A DNA stretch of 64,000 nucleotides from NCBI GenBank assembly GCA_965216215.1, contig CBDCFO010000007.1:652876-716875 (forward strand), written 5' to 3'. Origin of the DNA: Bryobacterales bacterium. Lineage in GTDB: Bacteria > Acidobacteriota > Terriglobia > Bryobacterales > UBA6623. The first letter of the stretch is position 1. Each line of letters begins with the position of its first letter. The translations under genes were made by a program, and so were the position numbers. Positions 49,918-59,436 of this stretch are shown here, one piece after another. The notes beneath the pieces were generated by a model, which worked only from the letters and a program-made list of their open reading frames with translations, had not been told where the DNA came from and searched no databases.

Positions 49918-51748
49918 TGTCTGCGGCGTAATTCCGTATTTCATTGATATCACGGTGTTTCGATCGAGTTTCGGCGGGCGAAGATGGAGCGGATCGGGCG
50001 CGGTCCTCGCGATTCGTGCCGAATTGCGATCATCTTCGTAGGAGAAGCGCCTTGCGAACCGTTTTCAATCCCGCGATGATGCTCGGCCAGACCGCCATCG
50101 AAGACATCCAACTCGACGCCAGCTGCCGCGACGATATCCCGGCCGTGCTGAAGGGCATCCAGCACATCTGGTGCAACCATCGGTTGCGGGAGCGGGTCTG
50201 CGCCTTGCTGGAGGAGCACCTGCTCGCCACGGGCGCGTCCGCCACCAAGGGTGACGCTGCGCAGACGGAGGATCGCGCGCCGGTGCCGGGGATCAACCCG
50301 GATGTCGGTCGGCCCGGCATGGAACTGTGGCGGGTCCTGGTGCTCGGCTTGCTCAAGCAGGGCATCAACTGCGACTACGACCGTTTGCACGACCTGGCTA
50401 ATCAGCACGGCGACGTGCGCCGCATGCTGGGCATCAGCGACGTGTTGGGTGCCGAGACGTTCAGCTACCGCACGCTGGCGCGCAACGTCGCGCTGCTGAC
50501 GCCGGAACTGCTGGCGGCGGTGAACCGCCTGGCGGTGGAGGCGGGCCACGAGCTGGCCGGGTGCCGCCCGGACGAGCCGTTGCAAGCGCGCTGCGATAGC
50601 TTCACGGTGGAGACCGACGTGCATTACCCGACGGACGTGAATCTGTTGTGGGACGCGCTGCGCTGCCTGATCCGGGTGCTGGCTTTGGCCTGCGAGCAGT
50701 GCGGCCTGGGGGGCTGGCGCCAGAGCGCGCATCTGACATGGAAGGTACGGGGCCTGTTCAACCGGGTGCGATCGTCGAAGCGGCGCAAGAACCAGCCGCA
50801 GCGGGTGCAGGACTACGTGCGGCAGGCGCGCCGCATCGCGGAGCGCGCGCAGGAGTCGCTGGAGGAGCTGGCCGGGGCGGGCGCGGATGCGGGGATCCTC
50901 AGTGAAATCAAGTACTTCCTGGACCACGCGGAGCGGCAGATCGAGCAGGTGGAGCGGCGCTTGCTGCGAGGCGAGACGATCCCGCAGGAAGCGAAGGTGT
51001 TCTCGGTTTTCGAGCCGCACACGCGCTGGTGTGCGAAGGGCAAGGCCGGGCGGCCGGTGGAACTGGGGGTGCCAGTGGGAATCGTGGAAAGCGAGCACGG
51101 GTTCGTGCTGCACTACAAGATCATGTGGACGGAACAGGACGTGGAGGTGGCGCAGCCGTTGGTGCAGGAGACGCAAGCGCTGTATCCGGAGCTGGCGGGA
51201 TGCAGTTTCGACAAGGGCTTCCACAGCCCGGGGAACCGGGCGGAGTTGGACAAGGTACTGGCATTGAACGCGCTGCCGCAGAAGGGGAAGCTGTCGCAGG
51301 CGGGGCGGGAGCGGGAGGCGGAGGCAGCCTTCGCGGAGGCGCGCCGGATGCATCCGGCGGTGGAATCTGCGATTCACAACCTGGAGTGCCGGGGATTGGA
51401 CCGGGTGCGGTCGCGGGGGCCGGAGGGCTCGGCAAGCCGTACATTGCGCGAGCGGTAGGGCTGTCGGTGCTGGCGTTGAACCTGCACCGCATCGGACTGA
51501 TCCTGCAGCGGCGGGAGCGGGAACGGCTGAAGCGGGCGAGGCAGCGGCGGCTGCGACTGGCGGCGTAGCGGCGGCGAAGCGGCCCGGGAAGTGGAATCGG
51601 CAGGCTGCCCAGAGGCAGGAGTGCGCGAGAGGTGCGCAAGGTTTCCGAATCCGGCTTCGAAACCGGCCTGGAAACGGCACCGGACAACCGCACAGTAACT
51701 AGATTTACCTATGCGCCGGAACAGAAAGTGAGGGTTTTGTCACAGACA
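49918..51748 (+). mobile_element. ISNCY/IS5-like insertion sequence in palindromic target CTAGCTAG
   Basis: Ends TGTCTGCGGCGTAA and (reverse complement) TGTCTGTGACAAAA; CTAGCTAG on both sides (49910-49917, 51749-51756). The boundary is ambiguous by 1 bp or more because the target is palindromic. Confidence 0.88.
50052..51568 (+). pseudogene. ISNCY-type transposase, frameshifted by a 14-nt insertion at 51430-51443
   Basis: GRPGMELW, RCDSFTVETDVHYPTD, KVFSVFEPHT...KGKAG..VELG, SFDKGF, HPAVESAI..LE..GLDR; deleting 51430-51443 restores EGFARAVGLSVLALNLHRIG; AGGAG RBS before TTG 50052. Confidence 0.88.
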
Positions 51749-51966
51749 CTAGCTAGCTGTGTTTGAGAGACACTCGAGGAGCCATCCGGAGCGGAACAGG
51801 TGACATCGATGCTTGGGACTTCCAGGGCAAGCGCGGCACGTAAAGGCTTTGCAAGAATTCGCCGAATCACGACAGCTATTGCGGCAAGGGGGAAACAAGC
51901 TTATGCTTGGCTCCGTCATTTCAGACACAGCCTGAGTGAACCGAGGGCCGCGGAGAACCATCGAAC

Positions 51967-53085
51967 ATGAAGCAACTCCTGATTTGCGCACTGGCGTTCG
52001 CGCTGCCGCTGGCGGCCGATGACTCAGGCTGTCCGACTGACGCTTTCATGGACGTGAGCAAGACCGCGGGTGCAGGAGACGGGTACGCCAAGCCGCGCCT
52101 CGAGGTGAAGTGCGAGGACGGCTCGCTGGTCGTCTCCAGCAATGCCATCCCGCACTACGAGTTCGTCCAGATCACGCCAAACCCGCTCGTGGAACTCAAC
52201 CGCGACTACCGCATGACGCTCAATCCCAAGCTGGCCGAGGAGCCCAGCCAGCTCCCGTTGCTCGGTCCATCGGGCGTAGCCATTAACGGCATCCCGCTAT
52301 TCGGCCCGAACGAAGGTTCCGTGCCGCCCCCCGGATTCGGCGACCCGATCTACAACGCCATCATGGACTCTTGCATGGGGCACACAGCACGGCAGTACCA
52401 CTACCACGCCCTGGTCCAGTCCTGCTTCGAAACCGGCGCCAAGCCGGGCGAGGCCTCGCCGATCCTGGCCTTCGCAGCCGATGGCTTCCCGGTATACGGC
52501 CCCTTCGGCTGCGCCGACACAGAGTGCTCGCAGGTCGTTGAGTTCAAGAGCAGTTGGGAACAGCTGCGCAGCCCCACGATCGACGCTTGGGACGCATATC
52601 GATTCACACCCAAGGATGGCTCCGAGTATCTGGATCGGTGCAACGGGCACACTGGCGAAGACCACAGCGGAAAGTACCACTACCACGCCACGGCAACCTG
52701 GCCGTACATCATGGGGTGCTTCTCAGGCACGCCGTCCGCCGATGCCGGCCGGGAAGAGGATCGCCAGATGTCAGGCGCAGGCCAGCGCGGCCGTGGTCCG
52801 CAGCTGGATCCTCGCCCGAGCCCCGAGCAAGTAGCAAAGGCGGCGGCGGATCTCGGAATCGACGAGACGAAGCTCGCCGAGGCCCTCGGTCTGACAGACG
52901 GTCGGGTCACGCCGATGAACTACATGTCGGCCGCCCGGGCCCTGAATGTGGACTACGCTGCCCTTAGCCGCGCGCTCGGTGTCGAGCCCCAGTTCAACCC
53001 GCCCAGGCGGGGGCCCGGGCAAAGAGGACGAGGCCCGGGACAGAGACCGGGACAGAGACCCCGTGGTTCCCAGCAAAGGCCCTAG
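51967..53085 (+). CDS. Secreted YHYH-domain protein, paralog of 32965
   Basis: Shares IPHYEFVQITPNPL, GPNEG, CMGHTA..YHYH and CNGH...YHYHAT; PGQR-repeat tail; GGAG RBS. Confidence 0.9.
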   Translation: MKQLLICALAFALPLAADDSGCPTDAFMDVSKTAGAGDGYAKPRLEVKCEDGSLVVSSNAIPHYEFVQITPNPLVELNRDYRMTLNPKLAEEPSQLPLLGPSGVAINGIPLFGPNEGSVPPPGFGDPIYNAIMDSCMGHTARQYHYHALVQSCFETGAKPGEASPILAFAADGFPVYGPFGCADTECSQVVEFKSSWEQLRSPTIDAWDAYRFTPKDGSEYLDRCNGHTGEDHSGKYHYHATATWPYIMGCFSGTPSADAGREEDRQMSGAGQRGRGPQLDPRPSPEQVAKAAADLGIDETKLAEALGLTDGRVTPMNYMSAARALNVDYAALSRALGVEPQFNPPRRGPGQRGRGPGQRPGQRPRGSQQRP

Positions 53086-53466
53086 GGCTGGGGCCGGAGG
53101 GTATCGCGAGGCAATTCCGTCAGGGTCCTCGACGGTCCCCCACGGGGAATGCTTTGGTGCGACCGATTTCGTCAACCAGTGGTCTTGCAGACCGGGATAA
53201 CGCTTGTAGCGATCCAGCCTTCGAGCAAGAACGATTCAGGGGCGAAAGCAACCGCAAGATGTCCGGGGACTCTGGCGTTGCGCGCGGTCGCGCGGAGCAC
53301 CCTGGCGTGCGGCGAGCACTCCGCAGCCGCGGATCCCCTCGAAGTGTTCAACCGCTGCTTGCCGATCCTGGTGCTGGCAACGAGTCGGTCGCCGGAGTGG
53401 CACCACTCGGCGGCAACTGATTCCGTTCCCGACTGCATGCAGCAATCGCAGGCCAGTTCCCTGCCG

Positions 53467-55002
53467 CTACAGGGCCGGCCCCGTGACGCCGTACATCTTG
53501 CGCAAGCGCTTGAGCTCCGCCGTCAGTTCGGCTGTGACTTCTTTCATCGCCGCCCGCCCGTAGAGGCTCTGCGTCTCCTCCGGATTCGCCTCCGTGTCGT
53601 ACAGTTCCCACTCGTCGCTCTCATAGAAGCGGATCAGCTTGTAGCGATCCGTGCGCACGCCCTCGTGGGCGGGAACGCCGTGAGCTGTCTGGCTCTCGTA
53701 GTAGTGGTAGTAGAATGCCTTGCGCCAATTGCGCGGCGTTTCGCCCTGGAGGATCGAAACCAGGCTGCGGCCCTGCATGTCAGGCGGCACGTCAACGCCA
53801 GCGATCTCCAGGAACGTCTCGGCATAGTCGAGGTTCGACACCAGATCGCGGTTCGTCGATCCTGCCTTGACGACTCCCGGCCACCGCACGATCAGCGGCG
53901 TGCGCAACGATTCCCTGTACATCCAACGCTTGTCGAACCATCCGTGCTCGCCCAGGTAGAAGCCTTGGTCGGAACTGTAGACAACCACCGTGTTCTCGGC
54001 AAGCCCGGTCTCGTCCAGGTACCGGAGCAGCCTTCCGATGTTGTCGTCAACCGAGGCAATGCAGCGCAGGTAGTCCTTGATGTAGCGCTGGTACTTCCAG
54101 CGGATCAGATCCTTGCCCTGCAGGTTGGCTTCCAGGAGCGCTTGGTTCTTCGGTTCGTACACCGCGTCCCAAATCGCCTTTTGCTCCGGGTTGAGCCGGC
54201 CATAGCTGTTCATCCACTGGCGCAAAACCGGATCGTCCTCGGGGGTCCCTGGAGGCGGATTGATCTTTAGATCGTGAGCAGACACCATGTGTCGCGCGAT
54301 TTCCATGCGATTCTTGGCCGCGGGAGAGGCCCGCCCCGAGTAATCGTCGAACAGTGTCGGAGGCTCCCAGATGTGCTGGCCGTCATAAAGAGTCAGGTGC
54401 TCGGGCCCCGGCATCCAGTTGCGGTGCGGCGCCTTGTGCTGGCTCATCAGCATGAAGGGCTTGCCGGGATCCCGCCGCTCCTTGAGCCACTCCAGGGTCA
54501 GGTCCGTGATGATGTCGGTGGTGTACCCTTCGTGCTGGCGACGCGTGTCATCCGGCCCGACCCGCATATCGGGGTTGTAGTAGGCTCCCTGCCCCGGCAG
54601 AACCTCCCACGAATTGAAGCCTGTGGGGGCTGTCTTCAGGTGCCATTTGCCGAAAATCGCTGTCTGGTAGCCAGCTTCCCGGAGAAGCTTCGGAAAAGTC
54701 TGCTGCGAACCGTCGAACCTCAGGCGATTGTCGAGCACGCCGTTGAGGTGGCTGTACTTGCCCGTCAGAATGACAGCCCTGCTGGGCGCGCAGATGGAGT
54801 TCGTGACGAGCGCCCGATCGAAGCGCATGCCCTCCCGCGCAATGCGGTCGAGATTCGGGGTGTGATTGATCATCGACCCATAGGCGCTGATGGCCTGGTA
54901 GGCGTGGTCGTCGGTGAATACAAAGAGGATGTTGGGCGTGTCGGACGCAGCTGGAAGCAGCGAGGCGAAGAGCAGCGAAGTCGTAGCGAGCAGACGTATC
55001 AC
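53467..55002 (-). CDS. Cys-type sulfatase, copy B (close paralog of 41944-43476)
   Basis: Long stretches identical in protein sequence to copy A. Confidence 0.93.
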   Translation of the reverse strand: MIRLLATTSLLFASLLPAASDTPNILFVFTDDHAYQAISAYGSMINHTPNLDRIAREGMRFDRALVTNSICAPSRAVILTGKYSHLNGVLDNRLRFDGSQQTFPKLLREAGYQTAIFGKWHLKTAPTGFNSWEVLPGQGAYYNPDMRVGPDDTRRQHEGYTTDIITDLTLEWLKERRDPGKPFMLMSQHKAPHRNWMPGPEHLTLYDGQHIWEPPTLFDDYSGRASPAAKNRMEIARHMVSAHDLKINPPPGTPEDDPVLRQWMNSYGRLNPEQKAIWDAVYEPKNQALLEANLQGKDLIRWKYQRYIKDYLRCIASVDDNIGRLLRYLDETGLAENTVVVYSSDQGFYLGEHGWFDKRWMYRESLRTPLIVRWPGVVKAGSTNRDLVSNLDYAETFLEIAGVDVPPDMQGRSLVSILQGETPRNWRKAFYYHYYESQTAHGVPAHEGVRTDRYKLIRFYESDEWELYDTEANPEETQSLYGRAAMKEVTAELTAELKRLRKMYGVTGPAL

Positions 55003-55382
55003 GCATGCATTCTAGCGAACCGCGCAGGTCGCTCCCAGCGTCCGGCAATCTGCCCGCAGCACCACCGCCTCTCGATCGCCATGCGCTTTTCGTTGGCGCT
55101 GCTTGTTGCCGTTCTCTCGAACGCAACCCCTCGCCGCCCTTGAATCCCAGCCGGCAGGATCGCGGTGCGTGACCCTATTTCCCGAGCAGTCAAGGCCCGC
55201 GTTGATACTATCCGAAGCGACACGAGAACTCGACGGACTCGAGATGCCGCGGGGCGGATCGAGGCTGTTCGGGCCCAGTTGATCGGACTGGTCACACCCG
55301 AGCTACCGATGCCTGGGAACGCCTAGGCGGATAAGATAGTAGTTGGTCGGCATCCCTCCCGGGACAGTGGGTTCCGAGCCCC

Positions 55383-58300
55383 ATGCCACTCTCCTTCCCG
55401 AAATCGCGCAAGGCCCTCTGGCTGTGCGGCTTGGCTCTCGCGGCCATTGCCTCGGCAGGGCTGTACCTGAGTTCCCAGCCTGGAATCCTGTTCCTGGGAT
55501 TTCCCAGCATGTACCGTTTCCTGCTCGCCGAGAGCTCCCAGCAGAGCGGAGTGCGCTATGCCTACTGGAGTCCGGAAAGTGTGGACGACCCCGGACTCGC
55601 AGAGCCGGACTTTAGCCGCTACAAGGCGATATTCGTCAGCGGACGGCGCTCGGACCCGTTGAGCCGACCGGTACGCCAGGCACTGCGGGAAGCGGGCGAG
55701 GCCGGCGCTCGCGTAATCGTCCTGCCGGCACACGACGCTCCCCGTCTAGGAGTCGGCAACGCGGACTTCGATGGCCCGGACAGGTGGATCGACGACTATT
55801 GGCGCTTCGGGGGCGTGACGAACATGGCCCGCCTGCTGCAAACGGCCGCGTCACGCTACCTCGGCAGGGACTTCGAGGAGTTGCCACCCGAGCCAACCCC
55901 CGACGACGGGTACTATCATCCGGATTCGCCAGCCCTGTTCACATCGACTTCCGAGTACGAGCGCTGGTACGAGTCCGCCGGTCGCGCCACCGAGGGCGCC
56001 CCCAGAGTGCTGATCGACTTCGCCGACGGCTGGCGGCTCGGAATGAGCCAGGCCACCGACGCCGTGATCCGGGCCTTCGAGGCGGGTGGATTCAACACGG
56101 CGTCGATCTTCGGTACCGCCGAGGTGGCCCCGTTTGCCGTCGAGTACCGTCCGGACATATTGATCTCTCGCAAGCACGGCCGCTGGTGGCTCGGCCAGCA
56201 GGGAGTGGAGGTGCTCGACGAGAAATTGGATGTGCCCGTGCTCCGCGGCCTCTCCCTGCTGTTCACGGGAGAGTCGTTCGCCGACTACCAGCAGACCCGC
56301 GCCGGAATTCGCGACGCGGGCCTGATCATGGGCGCGATGGTGCCCGAACTGGACGGAGCGATTCAACCGACATTGATCGAGGGCCTTGATTCCGCCTGGT
56401 ACGGGAGACGCTACGAAGCCTTCCGGGACGAGCGAATCGGGCTGATGGTCGAGCGCGCCAAGCGTTGGGTCCGCCTCCGCAGGGAGCCGAGTTCCAAGAA
56501 GCGGATCGCGATTTTCTACGTCTCGGGCATCGGCAAGGGCCGGATCACGGCGGCCGGGATGAACGTGCCACGCAGTCTGATTCGATTCCTGTCAGCCTTG
56601 AAGCGCGAAGGCTATTCGATTGAGGGCGTGCCGGGGAAGGCAGAAACGCTTCTGCACGAGATGCTCGAGAAGGGCCGCAACGTCGCCTTGGGACGTCCCC
56701 GCGACCTGCAGCGCCTCTCCGAGCAGACCGGCGTTCTCTTGCTTCCCGTCGAAGGCTACAGTCGGTGGTTCGATGGGCTGCCGGAGGCGATGCGCAACGA
56801 AGTCACGGAGGCCTTCGGCCCGCCGCCCGGAAACCTAATGGTGCTGGAATCCAATGGCGAGAAGGTGTTCGTCGTGCCGAAGCTCGACTACGGCAACGTC
56901 ATCGTCCTGCCGCAGCCCGTGCGCGGCGCGGAAATGGACGCGAAGCTCCAGCACAACGACCGCGTACCTCCCCCCCACCAATACCTGGCGGTCTACTGGT
57001 GGCTGCGGGAAGTCTGGAAGGCGGACGCGATCGTCAACTACGGAACCCACGGCACCCATGAGTTCCTACCCGGGCGGCCGCTTGGCCAGCTGGCGGACGA
57101 CTGGTCCGACCGGACAATCGGAGCCCTGCCGAATCTCTACGTCTACGTGATGGACAACGTCGGCGAGGCCCTGATCGCGAAACGCCGCGGGGCAGCAGTC
57201 ACGGTGAGCCACCAGATCCCTCCGGTCGACGCGGCCGAGATCACCCGCGAGGAGCCGAAGGTCGCCGAGTTGTACCGGACGATCCGGCAGTTCCGTTCGG
57301 CTCAGGACGGAGCTCTCAAGGAGCGGCTTCGGGAGCAAATCCGGAACATGGCCCGGGCAGAGGGATTCGACCGAGACCTCGCTGCCAACTGGGAGGAAGA
57401 AGCTCCGGATGACAGCGAAATCGAAGCCCTTGGACGCCACATCCACCTCATCGAGGAAGATCGGATTCCGATCGGCCTGCATGTGCATGGCGAACCCAGC
57501 GCGCCGAGTGACCTGGCACCGATGGTTGCCGCGATGCTGGGAGGAGAGTTCCTGAAAAGGTTCGGATGCCCGGAGGGCATGGAATCAGCGGACTGCTCGA
57601 CCGATGCCAGGAGGCGTGCGACGCGGACCGTCCGGCGAGCGCTGGAAACCGGCGAGCGTCCCGCCGCAATCCGTGCGGTTGCCGATCAATTTGACCAGAT
57701 CGCTCAATCCTTCGCCCGCACGCCGGACGAGATCGACCACACCCTCGACGCCCTCGCCGGCGGGTACGTCCCGCCCGGTGGGGGCGGCGATCCCCTGCGC
57801 AACCCGCAGGCTCTGCCCACAGGCCGCAACCTCTACGGCATCAATCCCGCGGAGGTGCCCACGAAGGCCGCTTGGGAGCTCGGGGTTCTGCTGGCGGAGC
57901 AACAGCTGGAAGCGGAGCGATCGAGGCTCGGCCGCTGGCCGCGGAAGATCGGATTCACTCTCTGGAACACCGAACTGATCCGCCAGCACGGCACGGACCT
58001 GGCGCACATCCTGCACTTGATGGGCGTTCAGCCCGTCTGGGATCACCGCAGCGTGGTGGAGGACGTGGAGCTCATTTCGGCGGAAGATCTCGGCCGTCCG
58101 CGCATTGACGTGGTGGTTCAGGCGGCGTCGCTGTTTCGCGACACCTTCCCGGACAGGATGAAGCTGCTCGACAAGGCCGCCCGGCTCGCGGCGACCGCGC
58201 GGGACGGCGAGAACTACATCGCCGAGCACGGAGCCGAGACCGAGCGTGAACTCAAGCGTGCGGGCATGGCTGCCGCGGACGCGCGCATCCTGGCGGGTGC

Positions 58301-59291
58301 CCGCGTTTTCAGCAATTCCGCGGGTGGCTATGGCACGGGGCTCGTGACATCTATCGAACGAAGCGGGAACTACTCCTCTTCAACCAGCCTGACCGAGGCG
58401 TACCTCGCTCGAACGGGAGCCGTGTATACCGAGGGATTCGAATGGGGCAAGACCGTGCCGGAAGCGTACCGCGAGCATCTGCGGCACACCGACGCCGTCA
58501 CGCTCAGCCGCTCGACAAACGTGGTCGGAGCGCTTACCCTCGATCACTACTTCGAGTACCTCGGGGGCATGACCATGGCGGTGCGCGACACCACGGGAAC
58601 CGCGCCGGAGACCTATCTCGCCGATGTCCGCGATCCTCTCGAGCCGCGACTGGAGACAGCGCACGAAGCGCTGGCGCGTGGCCTCCGCGGCAAGTTCTGG
58701 AACCCCAAGTGGATTCGGGAACTGCAGAGCGAGGGCTTCTCGGGCGCCGTCGAGATGGCGCAGACCACCACCAATCTATTCGGCTGGCAAGTGACCAAGC
58801 CGGATGTGATCGACTCCTCCGTCTGGGATCGCGTTCACGCAATTTACCTGCAGGACAGTCTGGATCTCGGCCTGCCGGAATGGTTCGACTCCGAGAACCC
58901 ATTCGCCTATCAGGAAATGATGGCGGTACTGGTCGAAGCGGCCCGCAAGGGCTACTGGAACCCGGCATTGGAAGTCTTGGAGGGTCTCGCCTTGGAGTAC
59001 GTCCGGTCGCTGGACCGTCACGGGGCATCCGGCAGCATCCGCACAACCGACAACCATCCTTTCGAGGAATTCCTGGAAGTGCGTGTCGCTGCGTCGGATG
59101 AGCCGCTGCTGGCTGCGGTCCTCCGTGACGAGTTGCGTGACGGCACGGGCCTCCACGTCGAAGGCCGCAGGCTCGTCGCTCAGGACTCGGGGGACGGCAT
59201 GGATCCTGTCCGATTGAGTCCCGAGACAGCGATGGCGGCATTCGGCATCCTAGCCTCGGTGTTCCTGCTGGGCTGGCGCCGGAGACGCTGA
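55383..59291 (+). CDS. CobN/magnesium chelatase H-family protein with N- and C-terminal membrane segments (HmuS/BtuS-like)
   Basis: PPHQYLAVYWW, YGTHGTHEFLPG, VGEALIAKRRG, LPTGRNLY, LGRPRIDVV, FRDTFP, NPKWI......FSGA; hydrophobic N-terminus and C-terminal TM followed by WRRRR. Confidence 0.9.
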   Translation: MPLSFPKSRKALWLCGLALAAIASAGLYLSSQPGILFLGFPSMYRFLLAESSQQSGVRYAYWSPESVDDPGLAEPDFSRYKAIFVSGRRSDPLSRPVRQALREAGEAGARVIVLPAHDAPRLGVGNADFDGPDRWIDDYWRFGGVTNMARLLQTAASRYLGRDFEELPPEPTPDDGYYHPDSPALFTSTSEYERWYESAGRATEGAPRVLIDFADGWRLGMSQATDAVIRAFEAGGFNTASIFGTAEVAPFAVEYRPDILISRKHGRWWLGQQGVEVLDEKLDVPVLRGLSLLFTGESFADYQQTRAGIRDAGLIMGAMVPELDGAIQPTLIEGLDSAWYGRRYEAFRDERIGLMVERAKRWVRLRREPSSKKRIAIFYVSGIGKGRITAAGMNVPRSLIRFLSALKREGYSIEGVPGKAETLLHEMLEKGRNVALGRPRDLQRLSEQTGVLLLPVEGYSRWFDGLPEAMRNEVTEAFGPPPGNLMVLESNGEKVFVVPKLDYGNVIVLPQPVRGAEMDAKLQHNDRVPPPHQYLAVYWWLREVWKADAIVNYGTHGTHEFLPGRPLGQLADDWSDRTIGALPNLYVYVMDNVGEALIAKRRGAAVTVSHQIPPVDAAEITREEPKVAELYRTIRQFRSAQDGALKERLREQIRNMARAEGFDRDLAANWEEEAPDDSEIEALGRHIHLIEEDRIPIGLHVHGEPSAPSDLAPMVAAMLGGEFLKRFGCPEGMESADCSTDARRRATRTVRRALETGERPAAIRAVADQFDQIAQSFARTPDEIDHTLDALAGGYVPPGGGGDPLRNPQALPTGRNLYGINPAEVPTKAAWELGVLLAEQQLEAERSRLGRWPRKIGFTLWNTELIRQHGTDLAHILHLMGVQPVWDHRSVVEDVELISAEDLGRPRIDVVVQAASLFRDTFPDRMKLLDKAARLAATARDGENYIAEHGAETERELKRAGMAAADARILAGARVFSNSAGGYGTGLVTSIERSGNYSSSTSLTEAYLARTGAVYTEGFEWGKTVPEAYREHLRHTDAVTLSRSTNVVGALTLDHYFEYLGGMTMAVRDTTGTAPETYLADVRDPLEPRLETAHEALARGLRGKFWNPKWIRELQSEGFSGAVEMAQTTTNLFGWQVTKPDVIDSSVWDRVHAIYLQDSLDLGLPEWFDSENPFAYQEMMAVLVEAARKGYWNPALEVLEGLALEYVRSLDRHGASGSIRTTDNHPFEEFLEVRVAASDEPLLAAVLRDELRDGTGLHVEGRRLVAQDSGDGMDPVRLSPETAMAAFGILASVFLLGWRRRR

Positions 59292-59436
59292 GCCGGAGTC
59301 CGGGGAGGTAGCTCTAGGGAGACCGCCTGTAGCAGTTTAGAGCGGTTGCTATACTTCGCTTAGCCGCTAGGCTCACCCGCAGGAAATGATTCGGCATGCG
59401 CCCCGCTCGCCTGCTGGATCGGCTGCAACAGACATC

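Noticed and set aside
55003-55382. Cobalamin riboswitch upstream of the cobN-like gene (also checked upstream of cbiO)
   Set aside because: No AGGGAA..GGTG/CCCGCAACTGT B12-box signatures were found.
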